Assembly: GCA_963710755.1 (NCBI GenBank)
Contig: CAVQBK010000005.1
Span: 103,947 to 167,946, forward strand
Length of the DNA stretch: 64,000 nucleotides
Source of the DNA: an uncultured bacterium
GTDB lineage: Bacteria; Oederibacteriota; JAAXVQ01; JAUVAV01
Direction of reading: 5' to 3'
Part shown: positions 16,382 to 26,991 of the stretch, piece after piece
How positions within the stretch are numbered: the stretch's first letter is position 1
How the letters are laid out: each line of letters starts with the position of its first letter
The notes under the pieces: model-generated
Databases searched by the model: none
The model's input: only the letters and a program-made list of their open reading frames with translations
Told to the model about the DNA's origin: nothing
Translations under genes and position numbers: made by a program

Positions 16382-17422
16382 ATGCGCTACCTCGTTTTAA
16401 AAAAATCGGATCTCGATTCTTTCCTTCAGCATTTAGCCTCCAAACAGCGCCTGGTTGCCCCTCTTCCCAAAGGAGACGGTCAGTATGCCTTTGAGGATGT
16501 GAAGAGCGCGCATAAGGTAGCCATTCCTTATGTGCCGACCATTCTCCCGCCCAAGAAATATTTCATACCCCAACACGAAACATTACTCGAATATGACACC
16601 CACCACGGCCAGCATATGCAGGCGGTGGTGGACTATGAGTCCATGGTGATCTTTGGCATGCATACCTGCGACCTGGCCGGCGTCCAATGCTTGAACGCGG
16701 TTTTTTCCGATCGTCCCAAAGACCAAAACTATCTGATTCGTCGAACGAAAATCGCCATCATCGGTATGGAATGCAATCAATATTGTGATGAGCATGCCAG
16801 TTGCGCCTTGATGGGCAACCACCTGCCCAACGGCGGTTATGACCTTTTTTTCACCGACCTCGGCGACGACTTTATGGTCCATGTCAACACCTATACAGGT
16901 CTCCACTTGCTGGATGATACCAAGTTGTTCACCGAAGCTGGTGGCGGTCACCTAAGGGCTTTAAAAGAGCTGCGCGTTAAAAAACGTGACCTTTTTAAAC
17001 CAGAAGTCCAAATTGATTTGCACGACCTGCCCCGGCTCTTCGATCAAAGCGTTCATAGCCGTGTGTGGGAAGATATTGGAGCCAGATGTCTGTCTTGTGG
17101 CAATTGCACCAATGTTTGTCCTACCTGCTATTGCTTTGATGTGGTCGATGAACCCAGCCTGGATTTAAAAACCGGCCGCCGTTTTCGGGTTTGGGACTCC
17201 TGCCAAAATGAGCGGTTTGCCAAAATCTCCGGGGGCGAAAGTTTTCGCAAAACCAGAGCCTCCAGAAAAAAACACCGCTTTTACCGGAAATTCCGTTATC
17301 CCATGGACCGATATGGAAAATATTTTTGCACCGGTTGCGGACGGTGCACCCGAACCTGTATGGCTAAAATCAATTTAAAAGAGACCTTAACTCTTTTGGC
17401 AAAGGAGCAGGCCCTATCGTGA
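16382..17422 (+). CDS. Group 3b [NiFe]-hydrogenase (sulfhydrogenase) beta subunit, 4Fe-4S dicluster (AsrA-like)
   Basis: CLSCGNCTNVCPTCYC and CTGCGRCTRTC cluster motifs, WDSC; first gene of an overlapping operon. Confidence 0.9.
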   Translation: MRYLVLKKSDLDSFLQHLASKQRLVAPLPKGDGQYAFEDVKSAHKVAIPYVPTILPPKKYFIPQHETLLEYDTHHGQHMQAVVDYESMVIFGMHTCDLAGVQCLNAVFSDRPKDQNYLIRRTKIAIIGMECNQYCDEHASCALMGNHLPNGGYDLFFTDLGDDFMVHVNTYTGLHLLDDTKLFTEAGGGHLRALKELRVKKRDLFKPEVQIDLHDLPRLFDQSVHSRVWEDIGARCLSCGNCTNVCPTCYCFDVVDEPSLDLKTGRRFRVWDSCQNERFAKISGGESFRKTRASRKKHRFYRKFRYPMDRYGKYFCTGCGRCTRTCMAKINLKETLTLLAKEQALS

Positions 17423-18261
17423 AAGAACGCATGATTATCCAGGATTCGGAGTATAACATTAAAACCGGAAAGATTGTTCACGCGGAACAGTTAACGGCGG
17501 AGGAAAAATTTTTCAAGGTTGTTTTCCCCGGTGGCGCCACCCTCAATCATGATCCCGGTCAATTCGTGGAAGTTTCCTTGTTTGGCGTCGGTGAAGTGCC
17601 CATCTCTATCGCTTCTTCACCCACCCGTACTCACGGTTTCGACCTGTGCATCCGCAAAGCAGGCAAAGTGACCAACGCGATTCACAAGCTGGGGGTTGGT
17701 GACGAGATCGGTATCCGCGGCCCCTTTGGCCAGGGGTTTCCAATGCAATATTTGGAAGGATCCGACATTCTCATTGTGGCCGGCGGCCTGGGCATTGTGC
17801 CCTTGCGTTCCTTGATTCATTTTGTTATCGATAATCGCCGTGAATTCGGCAAAGTCGACATCTTATTGGGGTGCAAAACACCGCATAACTTACTCTTTGG
17901 CGAGGAAATCGAAATTTGGAGTGAGCGGCTGGATATTAATTTTGCCTGCACCGTTGACCGCAGTGATCCTGATTGGAAAGGCAATGTGGGCATCATCACC
18001 AACCTGATCCCCGACGTTGACCTTCGTCCGGATCACACCTATGCCGTGGTGGTTGGCCCGCCCATCATGTATAAATTTGTGATTCAAGAGCTTAAAAAGA
18101 AAGGCATTGCTGATAATCATATTGTTGTATCCCTCGAACGGCACATGAAATGCGGATTGGGCAAATGCGGTCATTGTCAGATCAATAAATATTATTGCTG
18201 CAAAGACGGACCTGTATTTTTTTATGACCAGATCATGCATCTCGAGGAGGCTTTTGCCTGA
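17419..18261 (+). CDS. Group 3b hydrogenase gamma subunit, FAD/NAD(P)-binding (AsrB-like)
   Basis: PGQFV, IRGPFG, VAGGLGIVPLRS, ERHMKCGLGKCGHC...CKDGPVF. Confidence 0.9.
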   Translation: MKERMIIQDSEYNIKTGKIVHAEQLTAEEKFFKVVFPGGATLNHDPGQFVEVSLFGVGEVPISIASSPTRTHGFDLCIRKAGKVTNAIHKLGVGDEIGIRGPFGQGFPMQYLEGSDILIVAGGLGIVPLRSLIHFVIDNRREFGKVDILLGCKTPHNLLFGEEIEIWSERLDINFACTVDRSDPDWKGNVGIITNLIPDVDLRPDHTYAVVVGPPIMYKFVIQELKKKGIADNHIVVSLERHMKCGLGKCGHCQINKYYCCKDGPVFFYDQIMHLEEAFA

Positions 18262-19028
18262 TGGCCAATCCCAAAGTGGCGTTCTTTGATTTTACGTGTT
18301 GCGAGGGCTGCCAACTGCAAGTCGCCAATTTAGGAGAAGACTTGCTCAATATTTTAGGCGCCGTGGACGTGGTGGAATTTCGGGAAGTGCTCTCGGAGAA
18401 ATGGCCGGGACAGCTGGACGTGGCCATTGTGGAAGGCAGCATCACCACGCCTCACGATGTAGAGCGCATCAAAACCATCCGTGAACGCAGCCGCGTCCTG
18501 ATCGCTTACGGATCGTGCGCCACCATTGGCGGGATCAACGGCATCAAAAACAATTATAACCTTGATGAAATCAAGGGTTATGTTTACCAGCAGGACGCCA
18601 AGTATTTTGCCTCCATTGCCACCAGGCCCGTTCATGCCGTGGTCCCAGTGGACTATTATGTCCACGGCTGCCCCATCTATCCGCCGGAGTTCATTAACGT
18701 GCTTAAAAATGTCCTTATGGGACTGCCCTACGATGTGCCTGATCACGCGGTCTGCGTGGAATGTAAACTGAATGAGAATGTTTGCATGTATGAACGGGGC
18801 ATCACCTGCATGGGACCGGTCACCCGGGCTGGCTGCAATTCGTGGTGTATCAACAATAACAATATTTGTTACGGTTGCCGCGGCATGGTCAGCAATCCCA
18901 ATAAAAACGGATCCTCCGATGTGATTAAGCGCTACGGCCTTGATCTGCAACGGATGGCCAATAAAATGAATATGTATAATACCTATAGGGAGCAGCAGGA
19001 GCATGAGCAAACGGACGCTAAAGATTAA
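18261..19028 (+). CDS. Group 3b [NiFe]-hydrogenase small (delta) subunit
   Basis: TCCEGCQ, VEGS, GSCA, GCP, CMGPVTRAGC, CYGCRG. Confidence 0.9.
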   Translation: MANPKVAFFDFTCCEGCQLQVANLGEDLLNILGAVDVVEFREVLSEKWPGQLDVAIVEGSITTPHDVERIKTIRERSRVLIAYGSCATIGGINGIKNNYNLDEIKGYVYQQDAKYFASIATRPVHAVVPVDYYVHGCPIYPPEFINVLKNVLMGLPYDVPDHAVCVECKLNENVCMYERGITCMGPVTRAGCNSWCINNNNICYGCRGMVSNPNKNGSSDVIKRYGLDLQRMANKMNMYNTYREQQEHEQTDAKD

Positions 19029-20331
19029 TGTCAATTATCTGACCCGGGTCGAGGGGCATGGTAATATTGTTATTGATGTTAAAAACGGCATTCTGGAAAC
19101 ATGTCAATTGCAAATTGTGGAAGCCCCCCGGTTGTTTGAAGGCATGCTGCGGGGACGTTCCATCTTCGAGGCCCAGCACATCACGTCCCGTATCTGCGGT
19201 ATTTGCGCTTGCGGCCATAGCCTGGCTTCCATTCAGGCCGCTGAATCGGCGATTAAATTCACCCCTTCGCGACAAACCGTTAAACTGCGTGAGTTTCTGA
19301 TCGATATGGAAAATCTGGACAGCCATCTTTTGCACATCTACCTGTTGGTAGCTCCTGATCTCCTGGGTGTGCCCAGTTTCGTCCCCCTCATCAAATCGCA
19401 TAATGATGTAGTGCGCCGGGCGCTGCGCATGAAAAAAGAGGTCAACGATATTTGTGACTTATTCGTAGGACGCCATGTGCATCCCATTGCTGCTATTGTC
19501 GGCGGTTTTACCAAACTGCCCAAAAAGGATACCCTGGCTACCATGATCAAGAAACTATATGCCATGCGCGAGGATATGGATGAAACCATTAAGCTGGCCA
19601 AGACCTTTGTTTTTCCCGACTTCACCCGCGATACGGAGTATGTAGCCCTGGTCGGGGATGATCAGGACTATCCCCTGCTTAGCGGTGATATCGGCTCGAC
19701 CGATGGTAAGCGCTTATCCAAAGAGAATTACCGCCAAGTCACCAATGAATTTGTGGTGCCCCACTCCAGCGCCAAGCATGCCAAATGGAACCGTGATTCA
19801 TACGCCGTAGGGGCTTTAGCCCGTTTTAATCTTAATTACGACAAATTGCACCCCAAAGCCAAAGCCGTGGCCGAGGCCATCAATTTCAAACCCAAAATCA
19901 CCAATCCTTATTTAAACACGGTCGCCCAATTAATTGAATGTGTTCATTGCCTGGAACATGGGATTGGGCTTTTGGAGGGTTTGCAGAAAATAGGCATAGA
20001 TTATTCGGAAGAAGTGATTGTAGGCATGAATGAGAAACATAACATTCCCGTCCAGGCCGGCAGCGGCGTAGGTGCCGTGGAAGTGCCGCGGGGAATCCTG
20101 TTCCATCATTACACCGTCAACGACCAAGGCATCATCACGGAAGCCAATTGTATCATCCCCACCGGTCAGAATATAGCCAACATCGAAAAGGACATGCAGG
20201 CTTTAGTTCCCCAGATCCTGGATAAGTCGGATGAAGAGATCACCCTTGGTTTGGAAATGCTGGTACGGGCCTATGATCCCTGCATTTCCTGTTCCGCCCA
20301 TTTTCTGGATGTCAAATTTACTAACCGCTGA
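19003..20331 (+). CDS. Group 3b [NiFe]-hydrogenase large (alpha) subunit
   Basis: RVEGHG, L1 RICGIC, EVPRG, L2 DPCISCSAH followed by a short cleavable C-terminal tail. Confidence 0.93.
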   Translation: MSKRTLKINVNYLTRVEGHGNIVIDVKNGILETCQLQIVEAPRLFEGMLRGRSIFEAQHITSRICGICACGHSLASIQAAESAIKFTPSRQTVKLREFLIDMENLDSHLLHIYLLVAPDLLGVPSFVPLIKSHNDVVRRALRMKKEVNDICDLFVGRHVHPIAAIVGGFTKLPKKDTLATMIKKLYAMREDMDETIKLAKTFVFPDFTRDTEYVALVGDDQDYPLLSGDIGSTDGKRLSKENYRQVTNEFVVPHSSAKHAKWNRDSYAVGALARFNLNYDKLHPKAKAVAEAINFKPKITNPYLNTVAQLIECVHCLEHGIGLLEGLQKIGIDYSEEVIVGMNEKHNIPVQAGSGVGAVEVPRGILFHHYTVNDQGIITEANCIIPTGQNIANIEKDMQALVPQILDKSDEEITLGLEMLVRAYDPCISCSAHFLDVKFTNR

Positions 20332-20809
20332 AGTCCAACAAGCCTTAGCCCCTCATCCTGAAGGCCTGACCCTGTATATCACATTGGGTAATGACCTGCG
20401 CGGCGATGATGCCATCGGTCCTTATCTTGCCGCCCATTGGCCCCTACTGTCCGATGATCAGAAGCACATCCATGGCGGCGAGCATCCGGAAAACATCATT
20501 GATAAGGCCATTACTCAGACCCCGAAAAAAGTAGTCTTCATTGATGCTGCTGATTTTGGCGCGGCCCCGGGGACCACCGCCTCTTTTCCTTTGGAAGCAC
20601 TGCCGGAACATACCCTAAGCACCCACCGCTTCCCGGTGGCCGTCATCGCAAACCTCCTCCAGGAAGATTGCGGTTGCGAACTGTTTTTCATTGGAATTCA
20701 ACTGGGGCAGGTGGATCTCAACGCCCCCCTTACGCCGGCGGTCTTGCGGGCTGGACGGGCAATTTTGGAATATTTTGAAGGTGGAACAAATGACCGTTCA
20801 CCTAGCTAA
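20309..20809 (+). CDS. Hydrogenase maturation endopeptidase (HycI-like)
   Basis: LGNDLRGDDAIG, PEN, IDAADFG, STH motifs; ATG at 20309 overlaps the large-subunit 3' end. Confidence 0.88.
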   Translation: MSNLLTAEVQQALAPHPEGLTLYITLGNDLRGDDAIGPYLAAHWPLLSDDQKHIHGGEHPENIIDKAITQTPKKVVFIDAADFGAAPGTTASFPLEALPEHTLSTHRFPVAVIANLLQEDCGCELFFIGIQLGQVDLNAPLTPAVLRAGRAILEYFEGGTNDRSPS

Positions 20810-20896
20810 GGTAATATTTAGCAGATAAGGCAAATAACGGGATGACCTCTAAGATATTCGCCTTATTTACGAGACACGACACTTGAACGAGAGATT

Positions 20897-21236
20897 CTAT
20901 CCGAAGGTGATCCGGTTCAGAATATAATTGATGACGGACAGAATAATGCCAAACAGCAAAGCCCACCAGAAATTCCTAACCTGGAAACCCGACACGAAGT
21001 GCGCTCGCCAGTTGAACCATCAACGTGTTAATGACCAGCAGGAATAGGCCAAAAGTGAGTATGGTCAGCGGAAAAGTGAGAAGCACCAAGATCGGGCGCA
21101 GAAAAACATTGCATAGACCCAAGACCAAGGCCACCACGACCGCTGTACCAAAGCCCGCAATTTTGACCCCCGTCAGTAAATAGCCTGTAATGATAATGGC
21201 GACAGCATAAATCAGCCAATGAACCATAATAACCAT
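20897..21236 (-). pseudogene. YvlD/DUF360-type 4-TMS 'phage holin family' membrane protein, frameshifted near 20995
   Basis: N-part RPILVLLTFPLTILTFGLFLLVIN. The expected C-part VSGFQVRNFWWALLFGIILSVINYIL continues in another frame to TAG at 20897. May be a sequencing indel. Confidence 0.7.
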
Positions 21237-21324
21237 GATGCCCCCCGCTAATGAACTTCTCGTTAAATGCTAAGCCCATGGAGGTCATAAGTCAAGGCGC
21301 TTGTTCCGGTTGGCAATATTTCGT

Positions 21325-21354
21325 TTGACAAGCGGTGAAGGATGATGTTAGATT
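21325..21354 (+). promoter_or_regulatory. Putative sigma70 promoter for rpsT
   Basis: TTGACA-N18-TAGATT with extended TG; a divergent TTGACT-N17-TAGCAT at ~21268-21296 could serve the holin-like gene. Confidence 0.55.
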
Positions 21355-21423
21355 GTTTCGTTTTTAAATAAGGCTTTCACCAGAATAGAAATAATCGAAC
21401 TCGAGGGAGGAAGGATTTTACAT

Positions 21424-21678
21424 ATGCCAAGAATTAAATCTTCAATCAAAGATGTTAAAAAGAACAGGGCGCAGCGGGAAACCAACCGCCAGAGCCGTTC
21501 CCAGCTGAAAACCGCAATCCGTAAAGTTAAAGAAGCTGCCCCGGAAAGTCAAGCCGGAGCTTTGAGCAATGCTTATCATGTCATCGACAAAGCTGTTAAA
21601 TCGGGCTTGATCAAGAAAAATAACGGCGCCCGTAAAAAATCGCGTTTAACCAAGGGCATTGCCAAGAAAGCAGCCTGA
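21424..21678 (+). CDS. rpsT: 30S ribosomal protein S20
   Basis: MPRIKSSIK...RSQLKTAIRK...IDKAVKSGLIKKNNGARKKSRL. Confidence 0.95.
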   Translation: MPRIKSSIKDVKKNRAQRETNRQSRSQLKTAIRKVKEAAPESQAGALSNAYHVIDKAVKSGLIKKNNGARKKSRLTKGIAKKAA

Positions 21679-21712
21679 GCTGCTTGTTAAATACTGTTCT
21701 TCCTCGATCTCA

Positions 21713-22750
21713 TTAAGCCCGGCTGCTTTGCGCCGGGCTTCTTTTTTGTCCACACCATTTCATGATAGTCAGTTGCAAGGCCATCAGCCAATGCTGATCC
21801 CCTGATTTGGCCCTCACATCGAGATCCAAAAGGCCGGTAAAAACCTGGTTAAATTCTTCCAACTTATACGCCTGAAGTTGCTGTTCCATTTCCTTTTTGG
21901 CCTGAGGATTGCGATAACCGGCCAGGACCTTGGCGGCCTCGTTACCACGGCTCAATTTGCTTTTCAACTGATACAAGTTGCGGAAGTGCCAGGTCAAAGA
22001 CCCCAGTACCTGCAGCGGCGCCAAGCCTTCTTCCAGCACACGTTCCGCCAGATTAAAAGCCCTGGACAGATCCTTTAATCCGCAAGCCGTATTTAATGCA
22101 TAGGTGGTCTCATGGCGCAGATCGCCGGCCGCTGCCTTAACATGGTCTTCAGTGATAATCATTTCCTGTCCTACATAATTGACCAGTTTGATGATTTCAT
22201 TATCCAAGTCGCCCAGGTGCTGACCGACTTTTTCAATCAACAGAGGCAAGGCCTCGCGGCTGATACGCTTGCCATGGTCGGCAATACGCCGCTCCACCCA
22301 GGACGGTACTTGATTATCAAATAAGGGATAACATTCCACATGATAGGCTTTATCGGCCAACTTGTTCCAGGGTTGGGTTTTAAGCCGTTCTTCAGGCGAG
22401 GCCAAAATCACGACCGAGCTCTCGGCCGGCGACTGGGCATAATGAGTCATGGATTCCAAATCAGCGTTTTTCCACTTGTCCGCCTGGCGCACCACCAACA
22501 CCCGCCGTTGTCCCAGAAAAGGCAGGGTTTGAGCCCGCTCCACCAGGGCTCGGCCCGTTACATCGGTGCCGGCATATAGGATTTCCAAATTCATCTGTCG
22601 TTCCGAGGGCTCCAAGGCTTTTTCAATGATAGCCTGAACGCCCTGTTCCTGCAGAAATGCTTCCGCGCCGGTAAATAGATAAACCGGTTTGAGGGGTTCC
22701 GCATCCAGGCTGCGGCGAAATTCATTGTAATAAATGCGCTTTTTGGCCAC
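21713..22750 (-). CDS. holA: DNA polymerase III subunit delta
   Basis: PVYLFTGAE, TLPFLGQRRVLVVR, NEIIKL, DVRAKSG; conserved leuS-lptE-holA order. Confidence 0.9.
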   Translation of the reverse strand: MAKKRIYYNEFRRSLDAEPLKPVYLFTGAEAFLQEQGVQAIIEKALEPSERQMNLEILYAGTDVTGRALVERAQTLPFLGQRRVLVVRQADKWKNADLESMTHYAQSPAESSVVILASPEERLKTQPWNKLADKAYHVECYPLFDNQVPSWVERRIADHGKRISREALPLLIEKVGQHLGDLDNEIIKLVNYVGQEMIITEDHVKAAAGDLRHETTYALNTACGLKDLSRAFNLAERVLEEGLAPLQVLGSLTWHFRNLYQLKSKLSRGNEAAKVLAGYRNPQAKKEMEQQLQAYKLEEFNQVFTGLLDLDVRAKSGDQHWLMALQLTIMKWCGQKRSPAQSSRA

Positions 22751-22752
22751 CC

Positions 22753-23274
22753 CTAAAATCCTTCCACCACACGTCTTAGGATACGCTGGCTGATTTGTTC
22801 AATCAAACGCTTGCGCGCAACAGACTCACTTTCCGGTGGAATCCCCATACTATTGGCCACATAATAAGTGGTGCTGTCTTGGAAGTCATCTTCCACCCAC
22901 ACATTTTGCCCGGCCTTGGTGTCCTTCAGAGTCAGGCGCAGCACCAACCGCATCTTGTACTGCTGTGGTGTATTGTGTACATCCAAAAGCAGAGGATCCA
23001 GGGAATAACGAACGATGGTGCCCTGCAGGATAGCTGTGGCCTTGTCAGGATCGACCAAAGTCATGCGCCCGTCAATTAAAAAATCCTGAACCACTTGCTG
23101 GGTCAATTCGGATGCCAGATTAGGCTGATTGGTCCGGTTTTGAAACGTGGGAATCGCCAAATTCACCATATAATCAGGCAAACCGGGACGCATGGTTACA
23201 TCCGTGCAACCGGCGATCACCAACAGCCCAATGAACATAAGCGCCCAACGGATTTTTCCTTTTCCTAATAACAT
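22753..23274 (-). CDS. lptE: LPS-assembly lipoprotein LptE family
   Basis: Lipobox IAGC, IPTFQNRT, position between leuS and holA. Confidence 0.8.
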   Translation of the reverse strand: MLLGKGKIRWALMFIGLLVIAGCTDVTMRPGLPDYMVNLAIPTFQNRTNQPNLASELTQQVVQDFLIDGRMTLVDPDKATAILQGTIVRYSLDPLLLDVHNTPQQYKMRLVLRLTLKDTKAGQNVWVEDDFQDSTTYYVANSMGIPPESESVARKRLIEQISQRILRRVVEGF

Positions 23275-23708
23275 TCTGCTCCTCCCGAGAAATGTAATAA
23301 AGGGCGCAAGCAGGGTGGTTGTGCCCCTATCCTAAACCGGTCAAGCCGGAAAAAAGCTATTCCTCACGCCTACCCATACCGGCCACAAGCAGCCGCAAAG
23401 GACGCAAAGTCAAAGGCAATAGGGCTTGTCCTTTTTGGCGATAGTCTTTGATGGTAGAGGCTTAGTATGTTGAACCTCTAGCTCCACGATACTGGGTCGT
23501 AATTAGAGGTTTAAGACCGTCATCCCCTTATGCTCCCAAACGGTATCCAGAAAAGCTTTTAAACTGAAGGACACTGGATTCCGGCTTTCGCCGGAATGAC
23601 GATAAAATAACATTGTGACACGGTCTCTACCACAGTCGGAATTACGCACAGCATCTATGCAAAAAACGTTATTCTGCCGATACAAATCCAAACATGCTGC
23701 TGTCGTTA
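23275..23708. repeat. Cluster of REP-like palindromes in the leuS-lptE spacer
   Basis: GGGCGCAA...TTGTGCCC (~23301-23328); CTCACGCCTACCC...CACAAGC (23363-23390); GTAGAGG...CCTCTAG (23454-23481); GGATTCCGGCTTTCGCCGGAATGAC (~23576-23600). Confidence 0.6.
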
Positions 23709-26192
23709 TTATAATACCATATTAACCAATTTGCCGGGCACCACAATGATTTTCTTCGGTGCCTGTCCTTGCAAAGCTTCCTTGATTTTCTCATCGGCCA
23801 GAGCCTGCCTCTGCATGTCCTCTTGGCCAATATCAGCGGCACACTGCATGCGGCTTCTGACCTTGCCATTAATCTGGATAACCACGGTCAGCGACTCTTC
23901 CGCTGCCGCCGCTTGGTCGGCCTCGGGCCAGGGTTGGTGAAATACCGTGGGCGCCTGGCCCAGGGCTTCCCAGAATTCCTCCGCCAAATGAGGAAAAAAA
24001 GGCGCGCATAATTTGGCCATGGTCTCGCCCGCTTCCCGCAGCACGGCCGCTGTGGCTGGTGCCACGGTTTCACCGGGCGTTAACTGGGCATTCAAGTCAT
24101 TGAGCAGTTCCATCAAGGCCGCAATGGCGGTGTTGAATTTAAAATCATTATTGAGATCATCTGTGATTTTCCTGATGGTTTGATGCAATTTTCGGCGCAT
24201 GGCCCGTTCCTTTGCCGGTAAATCCGAGGGCCGGCTGCTGCCAGCGCTCTTCATAACTTCCAACCATTGGCCGTAAAACGTCCACAACCGTTTCAGAAAA
24301 CGATGAATGCCTTCAATGCCCTGGTCACTCCATTCCAGTTCCCTCTCCGGCGGAGCGGCAAAAAGAATAAACCCCCTGGTGGTATCAATACCGTATTTGG
24401 CCACCATGGCGTCCGCCGGCACGGTATTGCCTTTGGATTTGGACATGACCTCGCCGTCTTTCAAGACCATGCCTTGGGTAAACAGCGCTGTAAAGGGCTC
24501 ATCAAAATTTAGCAGCTTCTGGTCATGTAAGAATTTGGTGAAGAAACGTGAGTAGAGCAGATGGAGGATAGCATGTTCAATGCCGCCAATGTACTGGTCC
24601 ACGGGCATCCAGTACTTGAGGCTAGCCGGATCAAAGGCCTGGTGATCATCCTGGGGGGACACATAGCGCAGGTAATACCAGGAAGAATCAATAAAGGTAT
24701 CCATGGTATCGGTTTCGCGGTGCGCACTTTGACCGCAGCGGGGGCAGGGCACGTTGACAAACCCGTCGGCGCTTTCCAGCATGCCTGCCGGCTGATAGGC
24801 CAGATCGAGAGGCAAGGTCACCGGCAGCTCATTTTCCGGCACCGGCACCAACCCGCATTGATCACAGTAAATCATGGGAATGGGGCAGCCCCAATAACGC
24901 TGCCGGGAAATAAGCCAGTCCCGCAAACGGTAATTGACCACTTTTTTACCAATGCCTTTTTCTTCCATCCAATCGGCAATGGCCCCCATAGCCTGTCTAC
25001 GATTATGTTGGCCGTCAAAGGCTTGGCTGTTGACCAACACCCCGTCCTCCACGTAGGCTTCGGTCATGGTCTGGGGATTAAGAGACCTGTCCTGCGGTTG
25101 AATCACCACCTTAAGTGGCAGGTGGTGCCGCTTGGCAAATTCAAAATCCCGCTGATCATGAGCCGGCACAGCCATGATGGCTCCGGTGCCGTAATCCATC
25201 AACACATAGTCCGCGGCAAACAGGGGGATCTTATCACCATTAACGGGGTTGATCACCCTCAGGCCCGTATCCATGCCCTCTTTTGGTTTTTCAGTGGATG
25301 CCCGTTCGATCTCGGTCTGCATTTTTACTTTTTCCGCAAAAGCCAACACTTCCGCTTCCTGAGGCTTGCCTTGGAGCAGTTCCCTGAGCAGGGGGTGCTC
25401 GGGCGCAATTGACATGTAGGTGACCCCGAACACCGTATCTATACGGGTAGTGTAGACAGACAAGGTTTTGTCCGACCCGTCAACAGCCAGGTTGAATTCC
25501 ACGCCTTCCGAACGGCCAATCCAATTTTCCTGCATCACCTTGACGCGATGCGGCCATCTGTCCAGCTTTTGCAGATCGTCGAGCAGGCGCTGAGCATAAT
25601 CGGTGATTTTAAGGTACCATTGATCGAGGTCCTTTTTCTGAACCGGCTGTTTGCATCGCCAGCAAGCGCCGTCAATAACCTGTTCATTGGCCAGCACCGT
25701 ATGGCAGGAGTCACACCAATTGACGGGATTTTTCTTTTTGTAGGCCAGGCCGGCCTCGTAAAATTTCAGGAAGATCCATTGAGTCCAACGATAATAAGCT
25801 TCGTCACAGGTGGCCAGTTCACGGTCCCAATCATAACTTAGATGCTGTTCTTTGAGTTGTTTGGTCATCACTGCAATATTGTTGCGGGTATAATCATTGG
25901 GATGAATGTTATTTTTTATGGCGGCGTTTTCCGCCGGCAGGCCAAAGGCGTCCCAGCCCATGGGATGAAGCACGTTATAGCCTTGCATCATTTTGTAGCG
26001 GGCAATGACATCACCGATGGTGTAATTGCGCACATGCCCCATATGCAGGTTGGAGCCCGAAGGATAGGGAAACATAACCAAACAATAGTATTTTTTTTTG
26101 GCCTCGTCGGCCGTGGCCTTGGCCAGTTTGATATTTTCCCAAAAAGCCCCCCATTTGTTTTCCAGGGCTGAAAAATGATAGTGCTGCTCCAC
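23709..26192 (-). CDS. leuS: Leucine--tRNA ligase
   Basis: MFPYPSG, HMGH (HIGH), [15 protein letters not shown] editing domain, [16 protein letters not shown] (KMSKS variant). Confidence 0.97.
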   Translation of the reverse strand: MEQHYHFSALENKWGAFWENIKLAKATADEAKKKYYCLVMFPYPSGSNLHMGHVRNYTIGDVIARYKMMQGYNVLHPMGWDAFGLPAENAAIKNNIHPNDYTRNNIAVMTKQLKEQHLSYDWDRELATCDEAYYRWTQWIFLKFYEAGLAYKKKNPVNWCDSCHTVLANEQVIDGACWRCKQPVQKKDLDQWYLKITDYAQRLLDDLQKLDRWPHRVKVMQENWIGRSEGVEFNLAVDGSDKTLSVYTTRIDTVFGVTYMSIAPEHPLLRELLQGKPQEAEVLAFAEKVKMQTEIERASTEKPKEGMDTGLRVINPVNGDKIPLFAADYVLMDYGTGAIMAVPAHDQRDFEFAKRHHLPLKVVIQPQDRSLNPQTMTEAYVEDGVLVNSQAFDGQHNRRQAMGAIADWMEEKGIGKKVVNYRLRDWLISRQRYWGCPIPMIYCDQCGLVPVPENELPVTLPLDLAYQPAGMLESADGFVNVPCPRCGQSAHRETDTMDTFIDSSWYYLRYVSPQDDHQAFDPASLKYWMPVDQYIGGIEHAILHLLYSRFFTKFLHDQKLLNFDEPFTALFTQGMVLKDGEVMSKSKGNTVPADAMVAKYGIDTTRGFILFAAPPERELEWSDQGIEGIHRFLKRLWTFYGQWLEVMKSAGSSRPSDLPAKERAMRRKLHQTIRKITDDLNNDFKFNTAIAALMELLNDLNAQLTPGETVAPATAAVLREAGETMAKLCAPFFPHLAEEFWEALGQAPTVFHQPWPEADQAAAAEESLTVVIQINGKVRSRMQCAADIGQEDMQRQALADEKIKEALQGQAPKKIIVVPGKLVNMVL

Positions 26193-26327
26193 GCCTGCTC
26201 CTCCGACTCATGAAAAGTGCTTGTAATTGCGCAGGATTATAGCATAGTTAAAAATGGAGGGCAAACGGATTATGGCGCGTATTGATAGAGCTCGTCTCCA
26301 AAAACACTGCCGGAGCAAGACGGTCGT

Positions 26328-26870
26328 TTATTGCCAAGCCAATTTCCAGCGCCAGCAATTGCTTTGGCTGCTGTCAATTTCCACAGTCACATTTTTTGCC
26401 CCAGCCATCTGCAATAATTGGACCGCATGGCCGGCAATGTAATGCAATGCCGGCAGTGGCAATTCGGGAATGTCCTTAAGAATAAAGTCCACGCCATTTT
26501 TCTTGATGTTTTCCAAAGCTCCGCTGCCCTGGTCATAATATGTCCCCCAAATGGCTGCGGCCTTGCTGATCACATAGCTTGGCGTGGGGATTTTAAGAAA
26601 CAAGCGGTAGATGCCTGTATAACTGCGATTAGCCAGCTCCAGCCCCAACTGATATAGTGGATCCGCATCCCGGGGAAACAGCGTCTCCGCGGCAGCTACA
26701 TAAAGTTGCGTCTGTTTTTCCACAGGCGTCATGGTGGTGGCAAAGGCGGTTTTGTAGATGCGTTCCAATTCAGGCGTTAATTTGGACAGAAACGGTTGTT
26801 CCCAGGTTTCGCCTTTTTCCTGAAAGAGTTTGCGCAAGGTTACGATGTTGGTCCCCTTTTGTTTGGCCAT
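26328..26870 (-). CDS. Uncharacterised protein resembling DUF2378/TIGR02265 (V4R/H-NOX-like)
   Basis: MAKQKGT N-terminus, GIYRLFLKI...KAAAIWGTYYDQG, C-terminal W; family assigned from remembered pattern only. Confidence 0.55.
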   Translation of the reverse strand: MAKQKGTNIVTLRKLFQEKGETWEQPFLSKLTPELERIYKTAFATTMTPVEKQTQLYVAAAETLFPRDADPLYQLGLELANRSYTGIYRLFLKIPTPSYVISKAAAIWGTYYDQGSGALENIKKNGVDFILKDIPELPLPALHYIAGHAVQLLQMAGAKNVTVEIDSSQSNCWRWKLAWQ

Positions 26871-26991
26871 TCAAGTCCTCCTAAATTAATCACCACATTT
26901 GCATGGGCATGTTCTTTATGCACTGTTCATCGCCCGGACGGTGGTGTTCCCTCTTTTTCCAGCAGCTGCATGGGCATTTCGCATTGTGTTT

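Noticed and set aside
16382-18261. Anaerobic sulfite reductase asrAB
   Set aside because: Followed by [NiFe] small and large subunits and a maturation protease, with no asrC; a standard group 3b hydrogenase operon
20897-21236. Prophage suggested by the 'holin family' gene
   Set aside because: No phage genes nearby; YvlD-like genes are common chromosomal genes
23390-23420. GACGCAAAG as part of a c-di-GMP-I aptamer
   Set aside because: Wrong strand relative to lptE and better explained by the CGCAAAG repeat family
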